DNA of 64,000 bases from the human T2T-CHM13v2.0 reference genome, Homo sapiens. The notes under the pieces are model-generated. The model did not search any database. It was not told the origin of the DNA and saw only the letters and a list, made by a program, of their open reading frames with translations. The position numbers and the translations under genes were made by a program. Within the stretch, counting starts at the first letter, position 1; every line of letters begins with the position of its first letter. Shown here one piece after another: positions 1-14,441 of this stretch. The stretch lies in assembly GCF_009914755.1 (NCBI RefSeq), contig NC_060930.1. The stretch is one strand, 5' to 3'.

Positions 1-434
1 AGTGTTAAGAAAGCGTTTCCTGCCTGTCTGGGGCTGACAAACCACAACAACCCTTTTCTTCTTCCTCAGGCACCAAGCAGGACTCATCAGGACACCTGGG
101 CTCAGGCTCAAACCCTATCAAAGCAGGGCTGTACTGAGGACGCACCTTCATTCTCTTCCCAGAACAAGTGAAGGAAATAGGAGAGGATCTTTGCTCTAGG
201 AAAGCAGGCTTCAGACAGGAAGTGGCAACAATTCATACAAGGTGCCATTCTTTCCTCTAACCCACACCTTAACCTGTGTTGACCATCTCCCTCTCTCATC
301 ACAATATCTCTAGATTCTTCCACATACTTATTGAAAACTATGTTCATGACACGACAGAGGAGGTAACTGTCTCAGATAGCATAAGAAGTTCAATAGTAAC
401 CAAACATTTTTTTTTAAGTTATTTCCAGTGGGCC

Positions 435-580
435 TGTGTGCTTTAGCTCACTTAAATCTTCACAACACCACTGAGGCACAGAGATGTTTTGTAACTCACC
501 CACGGTCAGTTAACCAATAAGGGTAGATCTGAGATACAAAACCATGCCATCTCGTCATCGAGAGCTCCCTCTTCCCACTA
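435..580 (-). mobile_element. MIR SINE fragment
   Basis: actgaggcacagagatgttttgtaactcacccacggtca resembles the reverse complement of the MIR core; edges approximate. Confidence 0.6.
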
Positions 581-1111
581 CAGTGTCAATCCATCAGAAC
601 AGTTCCAGTTCAGTAGACCCAGTGATCCATGATGGAGCAATTGGGTATTCTGAAGAGTGGGCAGTTCACAAGCAGACATGGATGAAAAGAAATCCCAATT
701 CTTCAGTCAAGATTGACCTTTAAGACTTTCCACAAAGTGGCCTCAACCTCTCGTTCCAGTCTTTTCTTCTCCTCCCCAAGAGCCACGTCAGCATCCTTAC
801 ATATCAGCTCCCTTCCAAACTTCTCTCTCTTCAGAATGTATTTACCTTTTTCCCCTAAAACCCAATCCTATCCAACTGCTCCAGCAAGATGAAACCTGAA
901 ACTTTCTCTGATCTTCTTAGTTGGATGTAAGACGTCATTCTTCTGTAAACACCTATAGCAAGGTTTAAAAATGATGTAACATTATAATAATTATAACTTC
1001 CAGTCCTGTAACACAGATATGACAGTGCTTATCATCCTTAGTAGAAAACATGGGATAGTACATAAAGCACCTGTTAACAAACTCCAAGGAGTTACCACAG
1101 CACAGTTTTTA

Positions 1112-1422
<311 letters not shown>

Positions 1423-1904
1423 TATGCCTTATCATTGGTAGCTACTACACTGGCTAATGAAATCCAAATATAGCTGCTACCAGTGACAATGATTCCATAT
1501 TTTGGAGATTCAATAGACTGATGCTAAGAGCACTGCATCTAACTATTGTCTAATATAAAAACTTCTATTTTCTTCCTGTCTCCTTGAGAATCTCAATGTC
1601 ACAGAGCCAACAAGAGGCAAATTCTAAGTAATTCTTTAGCATGCAAAACGTATGTGCTATTACTCTTCTTTGTCTGGAATTTATTAAACAAGCAGAATCA
1701 AGGGAGCAAATCTGAAATTTCTGGAGGAATAAATGGGTGCTGCCACTAATGATCATCTCTGAGGCCTTGTCAGGCATTTGGGAACAAACTTACCAGTCTC
1801 CAGCCTGAAAGACACCAAGGAGAAACCTGACAGCTGAGAAGCTCCGATTTCCCTCTCACATGAGGATAAGAGAAACCAGCATGTATTATTTTTTTGGTTG
1901 CTTG

Positions 1905-2180
1905 GATGGTTTTGTTTTTTGTCTTTTTTGAGACTAAGTCTCACTCTGTCACCCAAGCTAGAGTGCAGTAGCGTGATCTCGGCTCACTGCAATCTCTGCC
2001 TCCCGGGTCAAGCAACTCTCCTGCCTCCACCTCCAGAGTAGCTTGGATTATGGGCATGCACCTTCATGAACGGCTAATTTTTGTATTTTTGGTAGAGACA
2101 GGGTTTCACCATGTTGGCCAAGCTGGTCTCCAACTCCTAGCCTCAAATGATCTGCCCACCTCAGCCTCCCAAAGTGCTGA
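1905..2180 (-). mobile_element. Alu (AluS), slightly 5'-truncated
   Basis: T-rich tail then gagactaagtctcactctgtcacccaagctagagtgcag ... cctcccaaagtgctg. Confidence 0.93.
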
Positions 2181-2742
2181 AATGGGCATGTATTGTTTTT
2201 TAACTACCCCAAGAAGGAGAAACAGGCATACATTGCTGTGAATTTGAAAACTTCACCAGAGTACTTTCCTCAAGAATACAGGAATAAGAATCCACTTAAA
2301 CATTATAGGTTCGCATTAAAATGCCCTTTCAGCATAATTGCAGGAATCCTTGTGAGTGTGTAAGCAGAATACATATATATTGACACCTTTCTGTTCCTCT
2401 ATTTCATCACTCAGAAAAGGCACGCATTTGCTTTTCACAGAAACCTGGAAAACAGCATTCCTGGAAAAACGATTCTTTGTGTACCTCCCACACTCCTGGC
2501 ATCCAGCCTTCAAATTTCCATTCTGAATTCCAAAACTACAAAGAGGTTTGGCCATGTAAGTAAACTTGTCATCTAATTTCTAAAGAAGGCTGATTCATTT
2601 TTAAGTAATTACATCTATTTAAATTATGAGTCTTATGTTAATCTTATGTTAATAAGCAGACATATAAGCACTTTGGCCAAACAGTCCGTTTATAATGTTT
2701 TATTCATTACAAAATCAACATAAATGTTCTGCCCATGTAAAC

Positions 2743-2777
2743 GTGTGTGTGTGTGTGTGTGTATGTGGTGTGTGTGT
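2743..2777. repeat. (TG)n microsatellite, imperfect
   Basis: gtgtgtgtgt run read directly. Confidence 0.9.
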
Positions 2778-5700
2778 AATGATTTGTATGGAAACTGTAA
2801 GTAAAAATGCACCAACAATGTATTCATAATACTTATATTATCTTCACATACATGCAGTGCCTAAAGTGTAACCGTTCACAAAAATGAATAAAACCACTGC
2901 TGAACTAAATATATGTTTATCAGAGAGAAACCTACAAATGCTATGCTTAAGATAGTGACAATTAATATCTGATGTGGCTTAAACAAAAGTGGTAGATTAT
3001 TACCCTCATCTCAAGTCATCAATTATTACATACAACATATAACTTCTCCAAATGCAAAATGATTCATGTTGCAAATACAATAAAACATAACAATTCAGAG
3101 ACTAAAGAGAGTTGATTGTCTACATTACTCACAAGTACAATTTTAGAATCTATAGATAAGGTTCATTTTCAAACAAATAATATTTCATTTACTTTTTCCC
3201 AATATGTAATGCAAATAAAATATTAAATACTATAAATATTCACTTTGAAGATATTCAGGATTAGAGGATACATATCAATAATACAGCATATATAGATTTC
3301 TAGCATTTCATATTCCTCCCCGTGAAAAGAAAAACATTTCATACTATAATTTCACCAGCTTAATAACGTATGTCACAATCTAGAAGATTCATGTGAGACC
3401 AAATAAATTTTATATGCTTTCACAATTTCAAATATTCACAATATTTCACAACATCTGAATAAAGCAAAATTTATATGCTTTCAAAGATTTTCTTAAAATC
3501 TTTGAAATTGAAAATTCATTTCAATGCTATCATTACTTATTCAATACAAACTACCTTTGAATTGTATTTTTTAAATGCTACTCGAATGCAAAATCACCCC
3601 ATAACAATTGTTTTGCATCTCAATAATTTATATATTGGGCTCAATATAAGCTGATCCTTTGAGTAATACAATGCATGTAATATTATTGCACAAAATCCTC
3701 ACAATTCAACTGGTTATTCAATCATTAATTTAGTCCACTAATACAAATGAGATGGGGAAGAAGCAGGTAGTATGTTTATGGGGGAAGGAAGGAAGTGAAT
3801 GACCCCCAAACAGTCACCTCCAACATAAACACACACTTTCCCTAACCTTATGCCTTGATAAAGACTACACAGACTTTGGCCCCAGTTCTCACCAGCATGG
3901 GGCCCTTAGAAGCCTAGAGAACTCCACTTACAGAAAAAGAAAACTAGTACTCGGGGGTGGGAAAATATTGAATCATGCAGAAATGCTTTAGCATCTCCAT
4001 GGAAAGATCTATCTTAATCTAAAAAGAATTCTGTGCACTTTAACATTTTGCTGAGTAAGCAGTTTTTTCCTAATAAAATTCACTTCCAATCATTTCTTCA
4101 AGATGCTTAGATTATTACGATTTCAGGTAGAAATTTGAAGAGTGGCTCTCTCTAAGCGTTAAAACTTACTGGCCAAGGGTTCACAGAACAAAGTTTTGTA
4201 AGTGACATTCTGTATTCGAGCGCTATCAATTAAAATTTTTTAAAAGTATACCTAAACAAGTGCTTCTCGGGCCACCTAACCAGGAAGCATAATCTCGGAG
4301 GTGTGAACTACCCAACAATGGCAATAAACAAAAGGTCTCTGGCTGATACTACATTCACATAATTGTGGAAGTCCTCACCCACCCACTGCCCAATCTGTTT
4401 TCTGGTTCCCAAAAGGCTTCTGAGGGGCAACATCTACTCCTCCCTGCAGCCATGTGCTCCAGGAAGTGCTATGTCCATGCATCTGACATCCCCGTTCCTG
4501 CTCAGCCCACACTGGCTTCTCCAGTCCTTGGCTGTTCTTGCAAGCCACCTCCATTGCCAGGAGTGCCTCAGGCAGTATCCTCTCAGGGGCCACCTGGGCT
4601 TGGCCTGGGGCTTCCTCAGCACTGACACAGCCAGCACCTCTGCAAAGTGACAGAGGAGGAGCAACTGCCCTTTCCTTCCATAATTGTTCTCCTCTTCCAG
4701 GCCCCTGCCCATTTTTCTGTTCCTGGCCCTGAAACCCAAAGACCCCCTCTTTCTTTGAATGACAACCTCTGGGCCTACTGGCCTAAGTCAAAGGCTGGGC
4801 AGCCTGGGCATTTCTGTGGATTTTGTTTTCAGTATCTTGTGAAATGTTTTACTCTTTACAAAATGCATGCTTCCTTCCTTTCCTCTCCTCAAAGGCAGGC
4901 TGTCCAGGGAGTTAAGCTCGCCTGAGCAGACCCTTTTCTCAAGAATATTCCATCATGCCTGGGTCCCCAGTAACACAGAGTTCATTCATATTTTCCTTCC
5001 CTCTCCTTGTCCTCCCTGCACTAGGTTGGCTGACTTTGGAAGATCCCTCCATACAAACCATTTGCCTGGGTACGGAGAAATGATATCATGTCAAGGTGGT
5101 TAAACAGGCACAGAATTTTAGGGGATAAATATGAAAGCATACAGACAAAAACATACAGACATCACCCACAGAACTCTACAGGGAAAAGGCAGCATGGGAT
5201 GGCATCCTAGGAAAGCAGCAACAGTTTGAGTGGACACAGAATTCTATTTTTGCCAAGATTTGTAATTTGTGGCAGCAGGACATTTATGGGAACATGTCAT
5301 ACAGGGACACCTTGGCCTGGAAATCATCTATTTATAAAACAGGTCTAGGTTTAGGACCAAGAATAAGGCAATCCCCGTACCTTTGGCTTCCTGAGAACTT
5401 TCAAATTACTTCGCCTAAAAATGGAGAAGCTCCTCAAAGAGCTGCAGTGAGTTGATCACTTGGCTAATATTTATAAACCAAGAAAATCCACATGCTATGA
5501 AAAAGATCCATGACTAAAAGATTATTACAAGTATATTCTCTCCCACCAGCCAGCCCTCATTCATCACCTTCTCAAATATCCAGTAATTTAATCAAAGGCA
5601 CTTTTGAACCACCAAATAGGTCATTTTATTTTAGAACCTTTGGGTCTGTGGTAGGCCAAGACTTTAATGTCCTTCTGTCCCCCTGAAATATATAAATGGC

Positions 5701-6319
5701 TTTACTACATGAAAAAGAGCTGTTCATCGGTAACTGTGAGAACTCCAAGCTGTTTCACACCCAAAGAGAATTGTCACTTGGATTTCAGTGGAAAGTTCTC
5801 ATGCAACAGCAAGGGTACTGAAACAATCTAGATTGTTGGGGAAGACCTGGAGATAAGGAGACTCACAGTCATCTTACTATACTATTTCTAAGGTTAAGAA
5901 GATCTGATTCTTCATCTTCTAAAGAAAAATACAACCATTAATGCCAGCAGTGATGGTGGTGGTGGCAGTGGTGTTCTCAAAGCATATCTTGTTTCTGTGT
6001 CATGCTGGTTCCGGAAGACTTTTAATGCATCTATGGAGTTTCCAGTTTTCAAATGATTACTAATGGGGAGAGAAGAAGGCCCCAGCCTAGGGCTTTCTCT
6101 TCTGCTCTATCTACAGGAATTCTTACCTCCCCCTTGGTTCCTGTGGCCCCCACTACAGCCATGGCCCACCCCAAATGCTGCTAGGAAGAGCCAGACCACA
6201 GCCTGCCATAGAAAATGTCCTCCCTGTGAACTGAGGCCCCACTGCCACTCAGACACAGGCACACTGAAGAGAGAAAAACAATAACTGCACTGACTGTACA
6301 CCTCTCAGTACAATGAAAA

Positions 6320-6480
6320 TGACTGAGGTTCAAACCAAAGCTGATCTACATACAGGTCATGTCATCTGGGACCAGTTATTTCATGTACCCTGAGTTTTAA
6401 GATGAGGATAATAATTCTCATCTTATGAGGATTAAACAAATTCCATCTTAAAGTACTTAGAATTAGAGAGTGCTCAATAT
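6320..6480 (+). mobile_element. MIR SINE, diverged
   Basis: gatgaggataataat ... tgaggattaaac ... gtgctcaata matches the MIR 3' half. Confidence 0.55.
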
Positions 6481-6869
6481 ATATTTTTCTTTTCTGTGAT
6501 GATACAATTTGCCCCAGTTATACGAACAGCTGACCATGAAATGCCAGTCGACGTCAAGGCGGCACAAAATTATTTACTAAATGGCAGAATTTTGTAGAAG
6601 TATTTACTACTTCATTGTAGTAAATAGCATCTTGGCGCCTGAAAGCAGTTAAGGTGATTTCCCAAAGTACCTATTTTACTACCAGTGAATTGCCTAGAAT
6701 CCAGACTGGCATAACTTTCTCCAAATACCAAAGGGAGTAGAGCTTTTATTACAAAAACAAACACAAACTACCAGACAGGCAAACATTCCCTTGTACTTTT
6801 AACTTGCTCTGTATACACTTGAAGAAATAGCATTCGGTTCACAAAAGATAGAAACAAAATAATTTTTCT

Positions 6870-7045
6870 GAATGGCACATTGGTAAAGACCCTGACAACA
6901 AATTGCCTAGGTCTAAATCTCAGCCGTGCCAATAGCAGTGTGACCTTGGGCAAGTTACTTTACCTCTGTGCTTCTGTTTCATCATCAGTAAAATGAGGAT
7001 AATACCACCAGCCTGAATGGGTTGCTATGAGGATTAAATGAGGTA
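6870..7045 (+). mobile_element. MIR SINE
   Basis: gtgtgaccttgggcaagttactttacctctgtgcttctgtttcatcatcagtaaaatgaggataata is the MIR core. Confidence 0.85.
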
Positions 7046-9484
7046 AGATAGCCTCTCCAACTCAGTGGCAGTGATCCTTACCTAAAAATCAATTTTCTGC
7101 AAGAAAACACTGAAACTGTGCCACTTTTAAGTGGAAAAACTTGTAACACATCTACCAAGATACTCAACCAGTTTCTAAAACATACACAACAAAACTCCCA
7201 TGTCGAATAAAGAAACTATCATGTTGGAATACAAAACGCTTAAAATGCTATTAACTGAAGACCAGTTAGTAAGATTATGAGTTGCTTCTAGGCAGTGACA
7301 GTGGCATATATCCTCTTAGCTGACACTGTGTATTGTTTTCAACATGTCACTTGAGATATTTCCCCCACATTTAGGTTAAAATGTTTTATTGGGTTTGAAG
7401 ACATAAATATTAATTTTCTCTATAGAAGATATTAAGTAAAAAATGTTTTGCTGAAAGACTTGTGTTCTATGAAGCTTAAGTATTAAAAAGAAATATTCTT
7501 ACTATGGAAATACATTCACCAAGGTGGAGATTCTGCAAAGCTTGTCAATATCTGTAAAGCATATGGTAGCAAGCACAAGAAAGACAGCTACAAAAAATTA
7601 ACAACTGCGACTATTACAAAAAAGCCTAAAATATCTGACTAATTCCAAAATGTACAATTTTTAACATTTTTCTACATATAAAGCGACAGCCATGTTTGGG
7701 AATTTCACAAATTGTGCTCCCTGGAACAATGGTAATAACTATTCTGAAAAAAAAAATAATGGCTTCTAGGTCAAAAAAAATTTGGAATATGCTACTTGCT
7801 ACAAAGTCTCTGCATCTCTCTTTTAGAGATTCAAAATATTCACCAGGATATTATATGTTACAAGAAGTCCTGCAGTAAACTATTTTTTTTTCCCAGAAAC
7901 TCATCGCTTGCTAACTGCAGTAAACTTTGTTTACACCAAATATTGAACCACAAAACTCTTTTTAATGGAACACCTGTTAACAGTGTCCAACACACAATTT
8001 TGAAACAGGGATCTAAACCCAATTTATGGAAGAAATTTTGCTTTAAGTGGATTAACAAAGTATTAGTCTCTCCTGAGATGTGTAAATAGCTATAAGAATG
8101 GGCCTTTCATTTTAAGAGCTGCTACCCTGGACTTTGCCTTCAAGCCTCAGGCTTCAAGCTAAGTTTAAAAGGGGATTAGTCTTTTTCCTCTCCCTGCAAA
8201 ATGGAGATGACACAATTTTCAATCTATAACATAGGGGATGGGAAAATTAGTGAAGGTTTATTTCCCTAAATTACACTAAAATCTTAGCAATTCAGTGATC
8301 TGGCAAAGCATCCCATCATTTCTACAGACAAATGATTTAAATTTATGCATTAAGTCCCCACAAAAACAGTGGCAGTCCTAAGCTGAAGATACAAAGTATT
8401 TTAAAGAAATATAAACGTGTTCTTATCTGAAAGTACTGTTAAAAGAAAGTTCCCTCATTTAAGGGAAAAACATTGTCCACCACCCGCCCCACCCACCTAC
8501 AGCTCAGAGGGCTTCCTAGTCACGTATCCTCTCCCTTTCTTTGAAGTGTGGCAAAAAGCAAATAGAGTTTAGTAATAAGTATAGTGAGGTGAAAGTTTCT
8601 AAAAAAGAAAGAAAGGAAATCCTACACTGATGCTATTTAAGTATGTGAAGTCTCAATGATAACAGTTATTAGATGACTGCTAAATGTAACTACTGTACTG
8701 GGATTAGAAAAACCAAGTAACTTAAATACTGGCAATTAATTTTTGTATAGCCTCTGGGATGTTTTTCACAGGTAACATGTGATCTCAAAAAAATAGTACT
8801 CTAAAATACTGCATCTGTGTCCCATAGTCCCTTAGAGTAAATATCACTGGATGTAAACAAACAAGGGCCTTTGGCAACTTGGCTGCCAACAAATGAAGGC
8901 AGCAGCTTAATTTATTACACTACACAGAATAATAGCTAACTAACATTTCACAAGAACTTCCTATAGACCCTGTTAGGTACTTTAAAAGAGTGTCTCGTTT
9001 CTCAGTACTCTATTCTTCCCAAATTCAAACTGGCATTTGTGTCTAAAATCTAAATTTACATACTTTTTGGAAAACATTTTTGAGAATCAAGCATAATTTT
9101 TAGCAGGGGAAAAAAAGACTGTATAATAAAGTGTCCTGCAAACAATAAATACCCAATCCTTCGAAAATATCAAGTATCAATCAATTCACAAATATTGTTG
9201 AGTTCTATTATATATGGGGAATTGAATCTATATAGTGCTTAGGATAAAGAATAATACCGGGCCCCTGCATGAGGCATTTATGTTCGTGATGAACGAAAAG
9301 ATTATCCAATATAAAGTTACCAACAAAGCAAGGCTAAGAGATAAATGCACATAGGATACGCATTTATATACAGATGGAGATTTTAAAGTCAAGCTCCAGG
9401 GTAAGGGGATTCTGTATAAGAGAAGCAAGCAAGAAGATCAGGAAAGGCAGGTAAGGCCAGATACAAAGAGACTAGAATGACATC

Positions 9485-9992
9485 TGGGTAGCTTTTCACC
9501 AAAGATAACCACAATCAACTCCTTCCCCTCCCTCTGTGTGCAAGCCATTCCCTCATTGAGAAGTGTATCCTATTCCTCCATCCTCTCGAATCTAGGTTGG
9601 CCTATGATTAATTGGCCAATAGAACACAGCCAAGTGACAATGAGTAACTTCTGAGGTCATGAGAAGCCTGGTAGCTTCCTCCTGGACTTCTCGAAATCCT
9701 CGCTCTGGGGTAAACCTGCAAGAATGTCAGAAGTCTGATTACCTGGCTACTGCTGTACTCTCAGGGAGCCCAAGCCATCCAGAAAATGCAGGAGGAGAAA
9801 TGCAGGAGATAACCAACCAGCACAAGTGCCAAACAAAGGTGTACATGAAGAAGGCTCTGACGACCCCATCTTGCATGATAAAGCCCAAGAAAGAACTTGA
9901 TTGTGATCCTCCAGAATCAGAAAAGAAAACTGGTATTTTTAGCCCCTAAGTTTTGGAATGGTATGTTTCACAGAAACAGACAACTGAAACCA
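9485..9992 (+). mobile_element. MLT1-type (ERVL-MaLR) solo LTR
   Basis: ttggccaatagaa...aagtgaca motif and MLT1-like 3' end tttagcccctaagttttggaatggtatgtttcacagaaacagacaactgaaac. Confidence 0.7.
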
Positions 9993-11152
9993 CCACCTTC
10001 TCCTTCAGGATAGGGGTCACACACTGGTAGTGCCTGGGTCAGATCCATCCTGCAGATGGGATTTTTTTTTTTTTTTAGTCAGTATTTTGGAAATTCTAGC
10101 TAACATTTTCTACCAAAACCCACATTTTTCTGAGGCCTGCAATTTCTAGTCATCCACTTCATTCATTTACTACCTGTCAGGCCTCTATTGATTCTTCTGT
10201 AAATAAACCTTGTTCTAAGAAAATAACAGGAGACAAAGGATTAATAATGCACTTATACAATTGCCTAAATATATCCAGTGTGATGACACTGTGTGATTAC
10301 ACTATAATAGAAAATAATTCAGAAATGCTGTAATTCCAAAGAAATTCAGTCTGGAAACATTAAAATACATCCCCATTTTCAATAATAAATAAAAAATTAA
10401 CAACCAATAATTTATCTTTAAAAAAGACACTATATACATTTATTCCTAAGTTCACCTAAAAATATTCCATCAGATGATATACCATAACTTTGTATTATTT
10501 GGACAATGAGAAATAACAGGCACACACTTAGTAACCTTAGTAAAAACATTAATTATAGAATACGTTGATCGAGTTACATGTTTCTAGCCCACCTATAAAT
10601 AGCCTGAGTTGCTTTCAACTTTCAGTTACCAACTTACCTTTTCTTACTCAAACTTAATCTCAATTACTCAACTACAAATTCTTTGAAAGTTTTATTCCTC
10701 AAAAGAAAGAACCATGCAAGACTTCCTAAATATGATACTAAAAAAGTTGTTTTAGAACCCAATTGAGATGCACTGCAAACTCCTTCAGAGCAGGAATTTG
10801 TACACTTATTTTTTTCTAGGCTTATCATTTGTACCTAGCAAAGACCTTCACTGTTGTTTAAACATGTATTCATTTTCAAAAAATAATTTAAAATTTAAGA
10901 TATCCCATGTTTACATGTCCTTAAAGCCTTTCTGAGTTACCCAAATCTCTAAATATGATTTTAATTTTATGCTGTTCAATCAATAATTCCTATTATTTTC
11001 CTCAAATATAGATGGTATCTGACAGTCATTAGCATTCAGAAATAAGCCAGATCTCTACAGCCAAACCACCAAAATTTCAAAATTCTTGTTAGTGTGAATT
11101 GCAAGATTTTTCTACAGAATTCTAATTTTATAGCAGCATGGTGTTAAAGCAC

Positions 11153-11756
11153 TTTTTTTTTTTTTTTTGGGTTGGGAGGGGAACGTAGTCTTGCTCTTTC
11201 ACCCAGGCTGGAGTGCAGTAACGAGATCTTGGCTAACTGCAACCTCCATTTCAGGGTTCAAGCCATTCTCCTGCCTCAGCCTCCCGAGTAGCGTGTACCA
11301 CCACGCCCAGTTTTTTTTTTTTTTTTTTTTGAGACGGAGTTTTGTTCTTGTCACCCAAGCTGGAGTGCAATGGCAATCTCGGCTCACTGCAACCTCCGCC
11401 TAATGGGTTCAAGTAATTCTCCTGCCTCAGCCTCCCGAGTAGCTGGGATTACAGGCATGCACCACCATGCCAGACTAATTTTTTTATTTTTAGTAGAGAC
11501 GGGGTTTCGCCACGTTGGCCAGGCTGGTCTTGAATCACTGACCTCAGGTGATCCACCCACCTTGGCATCCCAAAGTGCTGGGATTACAGGCATGAGCCAC
11601 ACGCCCGGCCTAAGGCCTGGCTAATTTTTGTATTTTTAGTAGAGATAGGGTTTCACCATATTGGCCAGGCTGGTCTCGAACTCCTGACCTTGCAATCCAC
11701 CAACCTCGGCCTCCCAAAGTGCTGGGATTCACAGGCATGAGCCACCACACCCAGCC
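11153..11756 (-). mobile_element. Outer Alu (AluS) split by a nested Alu
   Basis: Right arm 11153-11310 and linker plus left arm about 11615-11756; aagcactt TSD on both sides. Confidence 0.9.
11311..11610 (-). mobile_element. Inner Alu (AluSq-like) inserted at the linker of another Alu
   Basis: Own T20 tail and a complete dimer ending gcccggcc at 11610. Confidence 0.92.
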
Positions 11757-13269
11757 GAAGCACTTCTTACTTTACTAAATTAATTACATTATACAGCTAT
11801 AATCTGATTCATCTAAAGTCACAAGAATGTATGTCATTTTCCACCTTCCTAAATACTCCCAAATCAATGACAAATGTAGACAAGTACATAATCCCTAATA
11901 GAAGACAGGCACATGTTTAGGAGACAAAGGCATATTTATTGGAGTATACAAAGCTCCCAGGTGCCTGGGGAAGGACATTGTACTAAAGTAAGATAAAACT
12001 AGAAGCAGAAAAAAATCAGAACTTTTACATCTCAGATCACAAAAGTCTGGAGAGGCAACAAAGAAACAACAGAAACCCCCAACTTAGTTGAAGATTTTAT
12101 TTGGGTTGGAAAAGTTTATTTCCAAACCTGTAGTTGGGAACTTGGAATCCATTTTCCTACAGCAATGGTGCTACAAATAAATGCTGTTTTAAGTTTTCTG
12201 GCTAGTAAAAAGAAATTAATCCATAATATGGTAGAATTATAGAATGAATATCTCCATGGAATTTAAATATCATTTTTGCTATTTCTCCCCTAGGAAAAAT
12301 GGCTTCTGCATTTCTAATTGCATACAGCTCTATCCTCCCCTCTACTTCATCCTTTCGCTAGTTACGTCCACACCCACCAAAAAAGTCCCCAGTCTCTTAG
12401 AGGTGGAAGCAAAGCAGCCTGCTCTTATGAGCCTTTTGTAAGCAGGAACTACTGTGTTGATAAGAACTTGAAATGCAAGTGTAGGGAGGAACTGGAGAAC
12501 TGACTAGGAGGACATAGCTTCCTAGCCTACAGCCTGGAGCATGTAAGCAAGTTTATTATGTATTCTATAGATGAGGAGAAAGACTAACAGTACAGTTTTC
12601 AAATTTTTGTACTAAATGGGAAGGAGATGGGGCACAGAGCTTAAGAAGAACTGGGTGAAGGGAACACATCCCCCAGATCTCTGCCACAGATATACATTCA
12701 GCTGAACTCTGCCCCATGAAACATCACTTCTTGGTTATGAGAACAGCCTAATCAAGAACAGCTGTTTTATATAAATAAATTTTAAGGGCACAAATGTATA
12801 ACAATTATTCTTTTCTCAAATACTTAGCTATAATGATACATTGGTACTTTTACCTGCAAGTATTGAGATAACCTAAAGTCAATTTGCTCTTTGAGGAACA
12901 GGTGCAAATAACTTTTCCTTGCTCTACACTAGATGATTTTCCATCTTATTAAGAGTAACAAACACTCTGCAACTTTATAGCTACCCAAACTGAAGCATTA
13001 AAGGTATTCAAAACAGTCACCTGGGCCTAACAAGAGTTCAATACCTTTAAACACTTTTTTAGGGTACTTTTTGGATATTAAATGTAGTATTGAAATAATG
13101 TGAGCTATTTATATAACTTATCCCACTATTAGTTTTAAAATAAAGGCATTATACTGCATATGCATTAGAAGCAAACATTCATTTCCCAAATGACTTACAA
13201 ATTAATCACAACAATGCTTTCCTATACTATTTCCAAATTAATTCACCAACAGGTAACAGTCTGACTGCC

Positions 13270-13515
13270 CTTTATCATCATCGAAAACACGTACTTTATG
13301 TCAAGCACTCATGTAAGTATGTTACATATGTTGACTCAGTCAATCCTTAAAATAAGTCTTGAGTTAGGTATTATTATTCCCAGTGTGCAGAAGGAAACAA
13401 AAAAATTGAGGCCCTGAAACATTAAATAGCCCAGAGTCACAAGCTGCTACATGAAAGAAGCAGGACTTCAACCCAGGCAATCTAGCTCCAAAATCTGTGT
13501 ATGCAATCACTACGC
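13270..13515 (-). mobile_element. MIR SINE, near full length
   Basis: ggtattattattcccagtgtgcagaagg ... cccagagtcacaagctg ... ggacttcaacccaggcaatctagctcca. Confidence 0.75.
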
Positions 13516-14108
13516 CTCCTCCCACTTACACTCATTCATTCATTCAATCTTTTAGTAACTACCTAAAGTGAACTAAGCACTTTGCCAAGGCTTAGGTATA
13601 AAGGAACACCCCTCCCTTAAAAAAAAAAAAAAGACAGGCAAAGTTCTCACCCTCAATGAACTTACATCTGAGTATATAATAAAAAAGTAAAATTCAAATT
13701 AAACTCAAAAGTTTACTATGACAACTCTGGTTAAGTGAAATGAAGTGAAATGTCTGGGGAAATTTTAAGATACTGTACAGAAAAGGATTTAGTAATAATG
13801 TTCATCTGCATAATTTTTTAACATTCTCAAACGTTACACATTTGATCTTCATGATTAACTTTGCGAAGCAGGAAGGGCATCATTACACGATATGATTTCA
13901 TAAATGAGGAAACAGATAAATGTGTCATGTCCTAAATATCTTAGCAAAGATGCCACATCCTTTGTCCAGGAATCTCACTACCCACAGACCCTGCTTTTCT
14001 AAAAAGATCCAGAACAAGCCAGATCATAAGCTGCCTGGGGTTGTACTATGGCCTGTTCAAAAAGATTAACTGGAAAAATCTGATGTCCTTTCAAAAATGT
14101 GAAATTAA

Positions 14109-14441
<333 letters not shown>

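Noticed and set aside
4363-5103. Cluster of overlapping ORFs in a GC-richer patch
   Set aside because: ORFs in several frames on both strands reflect the scarcity of stop codons. There is no recognisable protein and no convincing exon boundaries.
6601-6626. 10-bp inverted repeat tatttactac / gtagtaaata
   Set aside because: Short and AT-rich; expected by chance in 64 kb.
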